Positions 45,361 through 53,128 of a stretch of DNA of 64,000 nucleotides are shown here, piece by piece. The DNA lies in NCBI GenBank assembly GCA_947566645.1, contig CANOKL010000012.1:21951-85950 (forward strand). Reading direction: 5' to 3'. The translations under genes and the position numbers were made by a program. Each line of letters starts with the position of its first letter. Positions within the stretch are counted from its first letter, which is position 1. The stretch is from an uncultured Lachnospiraceae bacterium. GTDB taxonomy: Bacteria; Bacillota; Clostridia; Lachnospirales; Lachnospiraceae. The notes beneath the pieces are model-generated. The model did not search any database. It saw only the letters and a list, made by a program, of their open reading frames with translations, and was not told where the DNA came from.

Positions 45361-46241
45361 ATCCCATCCTCCTTAAGCCTTTTTGCAAGCTCTATTCCAA
45401 GTGCCGCAGCACTGCTCCGGCTGCCTGTCATCTGCATTCTCCGGGAGGTTCCGGTCGCTTCATCATAATACAGCCCCCGTACCTCCATCCGCTCTTCATC
45501 CACGATCTCTGCATATACGCCGATCGGCACAGAGCAGCCTCCATTCAGATAGGTCATGAATGCCCTCTCGCACAGAGCGCAGTCTCCTGCCTCCCTGTCA
45601 AAAAACCCCTGCAGGAAACCATAGTCCCTGTCTGACCGCCCCTGGATGCCCAGAATTCCCTGCCCGGCAGCTGGTATCATCTCATCTGTCTGGAAATATC
45701 TGCTGATACGCCCCTCAAGTCCAAGCCTCTTTAAGCCTGCAGCCGCCAGAACCAGTGCACCGCATTCCCCCCGGTCCAGTTTTTCCAGTCTGGTCAGGAC
45801 ATTTCCTCTCATATTTTTTATCTCCACTCCCGGATAAATGTCCTGGAGCTGAAGAATCCTCCTGTTGCTAGAGCAGCCGATGGGAGCGCGTCCGTCATAT
45901 TCTGTAACTCCCTCTGGCAGTACCAGGACGTCTCTTGCATCCTCCCTGCCGGAAAATCCAATGAGAGGAAGCCCTGCCGGCACATCCATGGGCATATCCT
46001 TTAAGGAATGCACAGAGAGATCTGTTACACCGTTCTTTAGCGCAAGGTCCAACTCCTTAACAAACAATCCCTTCTCCCCGATCTCATCTAACTTCTTTGA
46101 CAAAATCTGATCTCCGGTGGTTACCACCTTCACCAGCTCTGCTTCATATCCTTCACAATTAAGGTTAATATATCTTGCCACGATTTCCGCCTGGATCACT
46201 GCCAGCCGGCTCTTTCTTGTTCCAATTCTGATCTTCTTCAT
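45357..46241 (-). CDS. hemC: hydroxymethylbilane synthase (porphobilinogen deaminase)
   Basis: ORF track 294 aa. IRIGTRKSRLAVIQAE, HSLKDMP. Confidence 0.9.
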   Translation of the reverse strand: MKKIRIGTRKSRLAVIQAEIVARYINLNCEGYEAELVKVVTTGDQILSKKLDEIGEKGLFVKELDLALKNGVTDLSVHSLKDMPMDVPAGLPLIGFSGREDARDVLVLPEGVTEYDGRAPIGCSSNRRILQLQDIYPGVEIKNMRGNVLTRLEKLDRGECGALVLAAAGLKRLGLEGRISRYFQTDEMIPAAGQGILGIQGRSDRDYGFLQGFFDREAGDCALCERAFMTYLNGGCSVPIGVYAEIVDEERMEVRGLYYDEATGTSRRMQMTGSRSSAAALGIELAKRLKEDGI

Positions 46242-46294
46242 AGTTCTTAACTGTTCACTACCTTCACAGTTACATGCCTCCTTCTATTCTTCCA

Positions 46295-46882
46295 TTATCC
46301 ATAAAGGGAGTCTCTGACCACTCCCCGAAGTTTCGCCGCCACTCCCACAGCTGCCACGCAGAGGGCAAAATCTGGTCCTACTGTCAGCAGAAAGCAGTTC
46401 ACCAGCAGGATCTTCCATGTGACCTCCTGAAAAATCAGGAAATGACAGACAACAAAAAAGTACAGCATCCCGATTCCATAATAGACCAGCAGACCAACAA
46501 TGGAGATAAACAAAAGTTTCCAGAACCTGATTCGTCCTGCCTCTTCACACATCCACGCCATAATATACGCTGCAAGGGCAAACCCCAGAAGATATCCAAA
46601 GGATGGCCGAAGCAGATAGGAAGGCCCTCCCCCTGAGGCAAAGATGGGCACCCCGGTTAATCCAATCAGCAGATATACACCCACACTGGCCCCTGCAAGA
46701 CGCTTATTCAGAAGCAGGCCTGCGAGCAGTACAAAAAACCACTGCAGAGTAAAATGCATCGGAATTGGTTCTGTAGGCAATGTAATCTTAATAAATGCTC
46801 CGACAGCGACCAGCGCCGCAAACAAACCGCCTGCTGTCAGCTCCCGTATACTCAAAAATTGTTTTTCACTTTTTACGTTCAT
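46295..46882 (-). CDS. BioY-family membrane protein (ECF S-component-like)
   Basis: ORF track 195 aa. GVPIFASGGGPSYLLRPSFGYLLGF matches the BioY hallmark GG.GY...PT.GYL.GF. Confidence 0.7.
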   Translation of the reverse strand: MNVKSEKQFLSIRELTAGGLFAALVAVGAFIKITLPTEPIPMHFTLQWFFVLLAGLLLNKRLAGASVGVYLLIGLTGVPIFASGGGPSYLLRPSFGYLLGFALAAYIMAWMCEEAGRIRFWKLLFISIVGLLVYYGIGMLYFFVVCHFLIFQEVTWKILLVNCFLLTVGPDFALCVAAVGVAAKLRGVVRDSLYG

Positions 46883-47469
46883 CTTTTTGCTCCCAAATAA
46901 TCCTTCCTTTTTTTCTTGTTCACAAAGTAGTTTAATATGCCGCCAGCGATAATAATAAAGGCTGCCATAACGAGAACACGCTTTGCCCCCTCCTGAGGCA
47001 GACTGCTCTCACTGCCGATGGAGTCTGAATAAAACAACAGTGTGTACGGAATCTCATGGGGCGTTCCCATTGCCACTGTATCTGCAATCACCGGCATCTC
47101 CTCATCAAATACAAGTATGGGAATACGGAAAGTGGAGTTGCCCCCCTGTGTATTCTCATTATCATAAGTCTCACCATCTACGATCATATAGTCATAATTC
47201 GGGCTGCTCCAGGTAATCTGGGCGAAACATTCTCCCTTCTCCACTGTCAGCCGGGTCGGGGACTCTACACTTGCCTTTCCGCTTCCTCCTGATAAAACAA
47301 CCTCTATCGCATAATTTCCGTCTGCCAGAGTCTGTCCCTCCAGACGGCTCTCTGCCGCCACGCTTGTGCAGGTCCCCATGCCTGCTGCCGCAAGTCCGAG
47401 ACAGAATCCTGTCAGCGCCGCAAGACACCGTAATATTTTCTTCCTGCTCCCGCCAGCCAGATCTTTCAT
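46879..47469 (-). CDS. secreted, C-terminally membrane-anchored protein of unknown function
   Basis: ORF track 196 aa. N-terminal signal, DGNYAIEVVLSGGSGKASVESPTRLTVEKGECFAQITWSSPNYDYMIVDG, C-terminal TM segment plus KKKRK. Confidence 0.55.
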   Translation of the reverse strand: MKDLAGGSRKKILRCLAALTGFCLGLAAAGMGTCTSVAAESRLEGQTLADGNYAIEVVLSGGSGKASVESPTRLTVEKGECFAQITWSSPNYDYMIVDGETYDNENTQGGNSTFRIPILVFDEEMPVIADTVAMGTPHEIPYTLLFYSDSIGSESSLPQEGAKRVLVMAAFIIIAGGILNYFVNKKKRKDYLGAKR

Positions 47470-47481
47470 ACTATATCCCTC

Positions 47482-48213
47482 CTACAAATTTTTTTTCTTA
47501 TATAAAAAGCAAAATGCAAGGACCATCAGTATGGCAAGATATGCTGCCAGAATTCCGATTCCCGCATAAGAAAAAGGCTCCCTGTTTGCGATACTGCGGA
47601 TCATACTGCTTGCCTGTGAAAGAGGCAGCAGCTGGATCACCTCTCTCAGCCCGTGAGGTATGGAATCCGATGAAAAAAATGTGTTGCACAGATAGGCCAT
47701 CGGCATAATCACATAGTTGGAAAAACGCGGCACATCCGTATGCGTTCTGGCGTAAAAGGATACCACCACCCCAAGGGTGGAGAACACTGCTCCGTTCAGA
47801 AACATAATGAGAAACGACCAGCCGTTAAAGCAAAGCCTGACTCCGATGGGAAGCACCAGCAGGATAATCACACAGCCTGCATAGATTCCTCTTAAGCTCC
47901 CTCCGATAATCTGCCCTGCAATAAACTGCCACAGTGGAGTGGGGGAGATCATCACCTGGTCAAACGCCTTTTCATACAGACGCTGCACATTCAGATTCTG
48001 TGCAATGGCATTAAAGCTTCCATTCATTGTTGTCAGCGCCACCACGCCCGGGATCAGAAACTGCAGGTACGGCTGTCCATGTGAAATTGTCTGAATCCCC
48101 ATGCCAAATACGAGAATATACATAAGCGGGGCAATCATTGCCGCCAGTGTAATCTTATAAAAATCTCTCCGGAATTCCACCCATTTTTCCCATAATACTG
48201 TTACGATTCCCAT
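47482..48213 (-). CDS. ABC-2 type exporter permease
   Basis: ORF track 243 aa, 6 TM, ABC-2 pattern. Paired with the upstream ATPase. Confidence 0.75.
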   Translation of the reverse strand: MGIVTVLWEKWVEFRRDFYKITLAAMIAPLMYILVFGMGIQTISHGQPYLQFLIPGVVALTTMNGSFNAIAQNLNVQRLYEKAFDQVMISPTPLWQFIAGQIIGGSLRGIYAGCVIILLVLPIGVRLCFNGWSFLIMFLNGAVFSTLGVVVSFYARTHTDVPRFSNYVIMPMAYLCNTFFSSDSIPHGLREVIQLLPLSQASSMIRSIANREPFSYAGIGILAAYLAILMVLAFCFLYKKKNL

Positions 48214-48239
48214 AGTCTGCCTTTCTTCCTCTATTATTT

Positions 48240-48437
48240 CTCTAACGACTTCCCAGATACTTTCCTGCTTTTCTCTAGCATCTTTCCAGATACTTTTCTG
48301 CTTTTCTCTAGCATCTTTCCAGATACTTTCCTGCTTTTCTCTAGCATCTTTCCAGATACTTTCCTATTTTTCTCTAACGTCTTTCCAGATACTTTCCTGC
48401 TTTTCTCTAGCGTCTTTCCAGATACTTCCCTACTTTT
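48240..48437. repeat. 33-bp tandem repeat, 6 copies
   Basis: Unit CTCTAGCATCTTTCCAGATACTTTCCTGCTTTT. Copies at 48240, 48273, 48306, 48339, 48372, 48405. The last copy is the 3' end (VGKYLERR*) of the ABC ATPase gene. Confidence 0.9.
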
Positions 48438-49249
48438 TCAAGGAACACATCTTCCAGCGTAGTATTTCTCAGAGACGCCATATCTTTGCCCCCGGACAGA
48501 TAATTGACTGCCTCCTCCTGTGTCTGAAAGAAGAAGCTTCTGGTCTGCTCCTCTGATACCTGATCCACCGCATATCGTCCCAGCCGGTCAATCATTGCCC
48601 TGGGTGAATCTACCTCCTGAAGCCTCCCGCGGTCCATCAGTCCTACCTGGTCGCAGAGAATCTCCGCTTCCTCCATATAGTGTGTCGTAAGCAGGATGGT
48701 CAGATGATTCCGGTTTAATCTTTTCAGAAGATTCCACATCTGACGTCTGGCCAGGGCGTCCATCCCTGCTGTCGGCTCATCCAGAAGAAGAATCTCTGGT
48801 CCGGTAAGCAGTGCGCGGCATACCATGAGCTTCCTCTTCATGCCGCCTGAGAGCTTGCGTACTGTACGCTTTCTGTAATCCATAAGATCACAGAACTCCA
48901 GAAGCTCCTGCGTCTTTTCCCTTCTCTCCTTCTTTGGCACGAAATACAGTCTTCCCTGGTATTCCATGACCTCCTCTATGGTCATATCCTGCCTCATGGA
49001 GTACTCCTGCGTCACAACACTGATCTTGCGTTTCAGCGCCGTATTTTTTCTCGTCAGCCTTTCGCCGTCTATGAGAATCTCGCCTTCTGTAGGAAGAAAC
49101 AGGGTGGACAGCATTCCGATGGTCGTAGACTTCCCTGCGCCGTTCGGCCCGAGAAGCCCAAAAAAGCCTCCAGTTTCAATGGTCAGATCCAGTTCCTTTA
49201 CAGCCGTAAATTCATCATATTTCTTCGTAAGCTTTTTTAGTTCAATCAT
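48407..49249 (-). CDS. ABC-2 type exporter ATP-binding protein
   Basis: ORF track 280 aa. GPNGAGKST, LSGGMKRK, ILLLDEP. Confidence 0.85.
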   Translation of the reverse strand: MIELKKLTKKYDEFTAVKELDLTIETGGFFGLLGPNGAGKSTTIGMLSTLFLPTEGEILIDGERLTRKNTALKRKISVVTQEYSMRQDMTIEEVMEYQGRLYFVPKKERREKTQELLEFCDLMDYRKRTVRKLSGGMKRKLMVCRALLTGPEILLLDEPTAGMDALARRQMWNLLKRLNRNHLTILLTTHYMEEAEILCDQVGLMDRGRLQEVDSPRAMIDRLGRYAVDQVSEEQTRSFFFQTQEEAVNYLSGGKDMASLRNTTLEDVFLEKVGKYLERR

Positions 49250-49934
49250 GTCCGTTCTCTTTTACCACAATAATTGTATAATAGCTTGCATCTTCCGGCA
49301 TTTCCTCTATCTGCCCGTATATTCTCTCCTCAGGGAGGCCGCAGTTTTCCACCATGATCCCTCTCATGCCCTTTTCCTTAAGCGTCTGTTTCACGACAGA
49401 AAGCTTAGACGCCGCTTTCATCAGCACCTTGCTGCCCGGATAGGTCAGCGCCTCTTCAATATCATAAGTGGACGGAATAATATGAAGCTGTTCTGACCGG
49501 TCAGCCAGACTGTCCCCAAGCTTTGCCGACACTGCACAGAACGATGGAATACCGTTAATAATCTGTGCATCATATCCCCTTGCCTTTACAATGCGGTGAA
49601 TATAAATATAAGTGGAATAAATGGTCGGATCACCAAGCGTCAGATACGCCACATCCTTTCCTTCCTCCAGCCGTTCTATAATCCGTCTGGCCGCCTCCTC
49701 ATAATTCTGTTCCAGTACCTTAAGATCCTTTGTCATGGGAGTGGAAAGATTCAGACATTCCTTTTCATCCAGTCCTTTTACAATTCCACCCGCAATCCGG
49801 TAGCTCACTGCATGTTCCCTGCCCTCTGCAGGTACGGCTATAACCGGACATTTTTCGATTGTCTCTACTGCAAGATAAGTCATAAGCCGGAAATCCCCCG
49901 GTCCGACTCCCACCCCGTATAAAGTTCCCTTCAT
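49242..49934 (-). CDS. cbiL: cobalt-factor II / precorrin-2 C20-methyltransferase
   Basis: ORF track 230 aa. MKGTLYGVGVGPGD. Confidence 0.85.
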   Translation of the reverse strand: MKGTLYGVGVGPGDFRLMTYLAVETIEKCPVIAVPAEGREHAVSYRIAGGIVKGLDEKECLNLSTPMTKDLKVLEQNYEEAARRIIERLEEGKDVAYLTLGDPTIYSTYIYIHRIVKARGYDAQIINGIPSFCAVSAKLGDSLADRSEQLHIIPSTYDIEEALTYPGSKVLMKAASKLSVVKQTLKEKGMRGIMVENCGLPEERIYGQIEEMPEDASYYTIIVVKENGHD

Positions 49935-49972
49935 GTTTGTAATTTCCTTTCTGAATTAAAGTCGAATATACT

Positions 49973-50004
49973 AAAAATACCTGTTTCCTTCCGAAAACAG
50001 GTAT
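49973..50004 (-). terminator. intrinsic terminator (second of two) in the riboswitch expression platform
   Basis: The minus strand reads ACCTGTTT-TCGGAAGG-AAACAGGT followed by ATTTTT. Confidence 0.6.
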
Positions 50005-50007
50005 CAT

Positions 50008-50036
50008 AAAAAACCGTGAAGCCTGACAGCTTCATG
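50008..50036 (-). terminator. intrinsic terminator (first of two) in the riboswitch expression platform
   Basis: The minus strand reads TGAAGC-TGTCAG-GCTTCA followed by CGGTTTTTT. Confidence 0.6.
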
Positions 50037-50079
50037 CTCTTTGCATGAACCCGCTTTCGTCGGAAGCTTGTTCATAAAT

Positions 50080-50262
50080 ATTTCCAGCAGGTTTCCTGGC
50101 TTGCAGATCATCACCTGACCATACCTTCTCGCAGTTCTTCCTGCAATGGCGTTACATGGTCTCACTCCCTGCTCACAGTGACCGGATCGCTCAGGTTTTA
50201 CACCTGATTCCCTTTTAACCTGTCGGATTCGCCCTGATGAGGACTCCACTGACAGGCACTGA
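50080..50262 (-). promoter_or_regulatory. cobalamin riboswitch aptamer
   Basis: The minus strand reads GGTTAAAAGGGAATCAGGTGTAAAACCTGAGCGATCCGGTCACTGTGA ... GCCATTGCAGGAAG ... AAGCCAGGAAACCTGCTGG (B12-box). It parallels the E. coli btuB leader core UAAUAGGGAAUCCAGUGCGAAUCUGGAGC / AAGCCCGAAGACCUGCCGG. Confidence 0.85.
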
Positions 50263-50269
50263 AAATATT

Positions 50270-52141
50270 CTATGATGTAAGCGTCAAAAGATATTTCCGC
50301 TCATATTTCTCTTTTAAATCCTTACAGACCTCTTCCACAGAGCGCCCTGTTTCCTTCGGGCGCCGGATAACGACCAGCGTTGTCCCTGTCTCCGTGCAGG
50401 CCTGTATCTTTTCCTCCATTCCTCCGGCGTCTCCGGACTCCTTTGTCACAAAGAAATCCGCATCCGCATAATGAATCGCCGCAATGTTCATTTCCTTTGA
50501 AAACGGAGCCTGCATGGCGATCAGGTTTCTCCCGGAAAAACCGCATTCTGCACTGGACATTATGGAATCCGGTACAGAGAGTACTCTCGCACAGCAGCGT
50601 GTCCTATAATCCGGTATCTCGCAGAATCTCCTAAGTTCCTTGCTCCCGGTTGTAATGAGGATCCTTCCCTTTACAGTTTTCAGATATTCTACTGCCTCCT
50701 TTACAGAAGACACATACACAGCCCGGCCTGTCTCCTCCTCCGGCGTCTTTGTCTCTTCCCGCAGACACCGGATATATTCTGTTTCTGTTTCTTCACACGC
50801 CTGCCTGATCTGTCTGGTTACCTCTGTAGCAAAGGGATGGGTCGCGTCAATCACAAGGCTAATAGAATGTTCCTGAATGAAAGAGCTCATCTCTTCCCTG
50901 TCCATCCGCCCGCAGATTACCTTTGTCTTCTCATCCTCTGCAATCCCCTCTTTTCCGTATTCTGTGGCAACACTTACGGTTACCTCTGCCCTGAGAGTCC
51001 TAAGGAAAGCAAGCAATTCAAGGCTTTCTGTCGTGCCGCCAAATAAAAGTATACCCGGCAGCTTCTCCTCCACAAGGGCGAGGGTGATCCCTCCGGCAAT
51101 TCTCTTCGGCTGCAGAAGCTTTCCCTCTGGAGCACAGTATCTTGCAGCACGCTCACATACATTATCCACCCCAGCCGTCTTAAGGACAAAATCAGATCCT
51201 GTCATCTCACCCGGAACCTTCTGAAGCTCCCTGGCAGAATATGTATAAAATGGAAGATGATGTTCTCTGGCAAACGCCAGGATGCCAGGCTCCTCCTTCT
51301 TAAGATCAATGCTTGCAAGGCACGATACATTTCCAAGCCCAAGTCCGTGTTCCTTAAGAAGTCTTTCCAGAGAAACCTCAATCTGATGCTTTGACGTCCC
51401 CCGCCTGCATCCGATTCCCACCACAATTCTGCGAAACCTCCTTGACCTTAAGAAGAGTATGTTCTCTTTCCGTTCACAGGCTGGCGCCTCCCTGGCCCTG
51501 TCCACAACCGCAATCCCATATGCATAATCAGACAGCTCCTTGATACTGGTACACCGGATCAGTCCCTCCGGAACAGGTTCTGCTAAAGGTACTTCACTGT
51601 AAAACCCAATTGGCCTGTCCTCCAGCACTGCTGCAGATATCTTTGTCACAAGGCTCCGGTCCGTGATCTCAAGATCATTCCTCCGCGCAAACATGTCAGC
51701 CGCAAATCTGCCCTGTACATCCGTGGCCGTTGTAATTACTGCTTTGGCATGCATTGCCCTTTCGATCTCCTTAGCAGCCTCCACTGCACCCCCCATGTGT
51801 CCGGAAAGCAGAGGGATCACATGCTCTCCCTTCTCATCCATCACAAGCACCGCTGAATCCGTATACTTGTCTTTCACCCAGGGTGCAATACATCTGACTG
51901 CAATTCCCGACGCGCCGATGAATAAGAACATCTTCTTTCCCCACCGCTGCCCGACCCACGTCTTCAGATCCACGTCCGGCGCCTTCAGATCCTCTGTGTC
52001 CTGAAGCCTTGCCGTCGTATATCCCTCACAGAGATAACCGCAGCCTGAAAGCTGCTCCTGAACACATCTGTTCAGCTTGTTCCCTGTCATTGTAAAACTA
52101 AAGATTACTATTTCCTTTTGGTTATTCATAATTTTAAACAT
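50270..52141 (-). CDS. cbiGJ: cobalt-precorrin-5A hydrolase fused to cobalt-precorrin-6A reductase (CbiG-CbiJ)
   Basis: ORF track 623 aa. CbiG C-domain IVVGIGCRRGTS...CLASIDLKKEEPG. From about residue 365, a CbiJ/CobK-like region GILLFGGTTESLELLAFL...SVATEYG. Confidence 0.8.
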   Translation of the reverse strand: MFKIMNNQKEIVIFSFTMTGNKLNRCVQEQLSGCGYLCEGYTTARLQDTEDLKAPDVDLKTWVGQRWGKKMFLFIGASGIAVRCIAPWVKDKYTDSAVLVMDEKGEHVIPLLSGHMGGAVEAAKEIERAMHAKAVITTATDVQGRFAADMFARRNDLEITDRSLVTKISAAVLEDRPIGFYSEVPLAEPVPEGLIRCTSIKELSDYAYGIAVVDRAREAPACERKENILFLRSRRFRRIVVGIGCRRGTSKHQIEVSLERLLKEHGLGLGNVSCLASIDLKKEEPGILAFAREHHLPFYTYSARELQKVPGEMTGSDFVLKTAGVDNVCERAARYCAPEGKLLQPKRIAGGITLALVEEKLPGILLFGGTTESLELLAFLRTLRAEVTVSVATEYGKEGIAEDEKTKVICGRMDREEMSSFIQEHSISLVIDATHPFATEVTRQIRQACEETETEYIRCLREETKTPEEETGRAVYVSSVKEAVEYLKTVKGRILITTGSKELRRFCEIPDYRTRCCARVLSVPDSIMSSAECGFSGRNLIAMQAPFSKEMNIAAIHYADADFFVTKESGDAGGMEEKIQACTETGTTLVVIRRPKETGRSVEEVCKDLKEKYERKYLLTLTS

Positions 52142-52174
52142 ACACGCTTTTCACTGCATTGTCAACACTTTATC

Positions 52175-52214
52175 GTTACGATTCACGGACTAACCGTCCG
52201 CTCATAGTAACGAT
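52175..52214. repeat. 40-nt nested hairpin motif, copy B
   Basis: GTTACGATTCACGGACTAACCGTCCGCTCATAGTAACGAT. Here the outer stem is ATCGTTAC (52172-52179) / GTAACGAT (52207-52214). Confidence 0.8.
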
Positions 52215-52216
52215 CT

Positions 52217-53128
52217 TTATCTACTAACAACGAACACGGTTGACAGAATCAGCACAAAGCCTGCCAGATCAATCAGCATAAACGGAGTCTTAAGCCACAC
52301 TGCCGAAAATACGGTAGCAGTCACGGCTTCAATGCAGGCATACAGGCTTGCCCTTGCAGGACCGGAAAATCTGACCGAATATGCATATAGCAGATATGCC
52401 GCCGCCGAACCGCCGATAATAATAAAAAACAGTGAAACCAGCACCATCGCGTCCCAACGGACTTCATACGTCCAGGGCCTGGACAGCAGAGTCAGCACAA
52501 TACCCCCGAAGAGAAGAGACCACCCCACAATCACGGTAGACGAATATCTCTGGTACAGTGATTCTGGAACAACTGTATTCAGGAACATACAGAAAGCACA
52601 TCCAAGCCCCCATCCAAGCGCCTCCGGGGTCATAACCAGCGACTTCACATTTCCATGAGTGGATATGAGGAAAATGCCGCTTACTGCCAGGATGATGGCC
52701 ACAAGCTGTGTCCTGTCCGGCCTTTTCCTGTCCCGGATGCAGACATATACCATGACAAGAACCGGACACAGATACTGCAGCACGGTAGCCGTACCCGCAT
52801 TGGAACGCTGTACGGCTCCGAAAAAAGCCACCTGGAATGTCATAGTTCCACATATACCGGCAATCATGGTCTGCAGGAGATCCCGGCGGTTTCTGCACAA
52901 TTTCAGCATTTCATCCCGGTTTGTACAGAACATCATCAAAACCATCAGAATCCCGGAAGTAGTCAGACGGATCGGTATCAGCCAGGAAACCTTAATATCC
53001 CTTGTCTCAAATAAAAACTGGCCGAACACGCCGGAAACTCCCCATAATACTCCTGCAGACAGGCCCAGAAAAGCTCCTGACAGTGCCTTTTTACCACTCA
53101 TCCTTTTCAAACACCGTCTGCTCATCAA
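52217..53128 (-). CDS. EamA/DMT-superfamily transporter
   Basis: ORF track 303 aa, 10 TM, two-EamA-repeat pattern. The start may be the Met at 53101. Confidence 0.7.
   Translation of the reverse strand: MMSRRCLKRMSGKKALSGAFLGLSAGVLWGVSGVFGQFLFETRDIKVSWLIPIRLTTSGILMVLMMFCTNRDEMLKLCRNRRDLLQTMIAGICGTMTFQVAFFGAVQRSNAGTATVLQYLCPVLVMVYVCIRDRKRPDRTQLVAIILAVSGIFLISTHGNVKSLVMTPEALGWGLGCAFCMFLNTVVPESLYQRYSSTVIVGWSLLFGGIVLTLLSRPWTYEVRWDAMVLVSLFFIIIGGSAAAYLLYAYSVRFSGPARASLYACIEAVTATVFSAVWLKTPFMLIDLAGFVLILSTVFVVSR

Noticed and set aside
48240-48437. The regularly spaced 33-bp repeats might be a CRISPR array.
   Set aside because: The repeats are directly abutting with no unique spacers. The unit is a copy of the adjacent gene's 3' end, and no cas genes are nearby.
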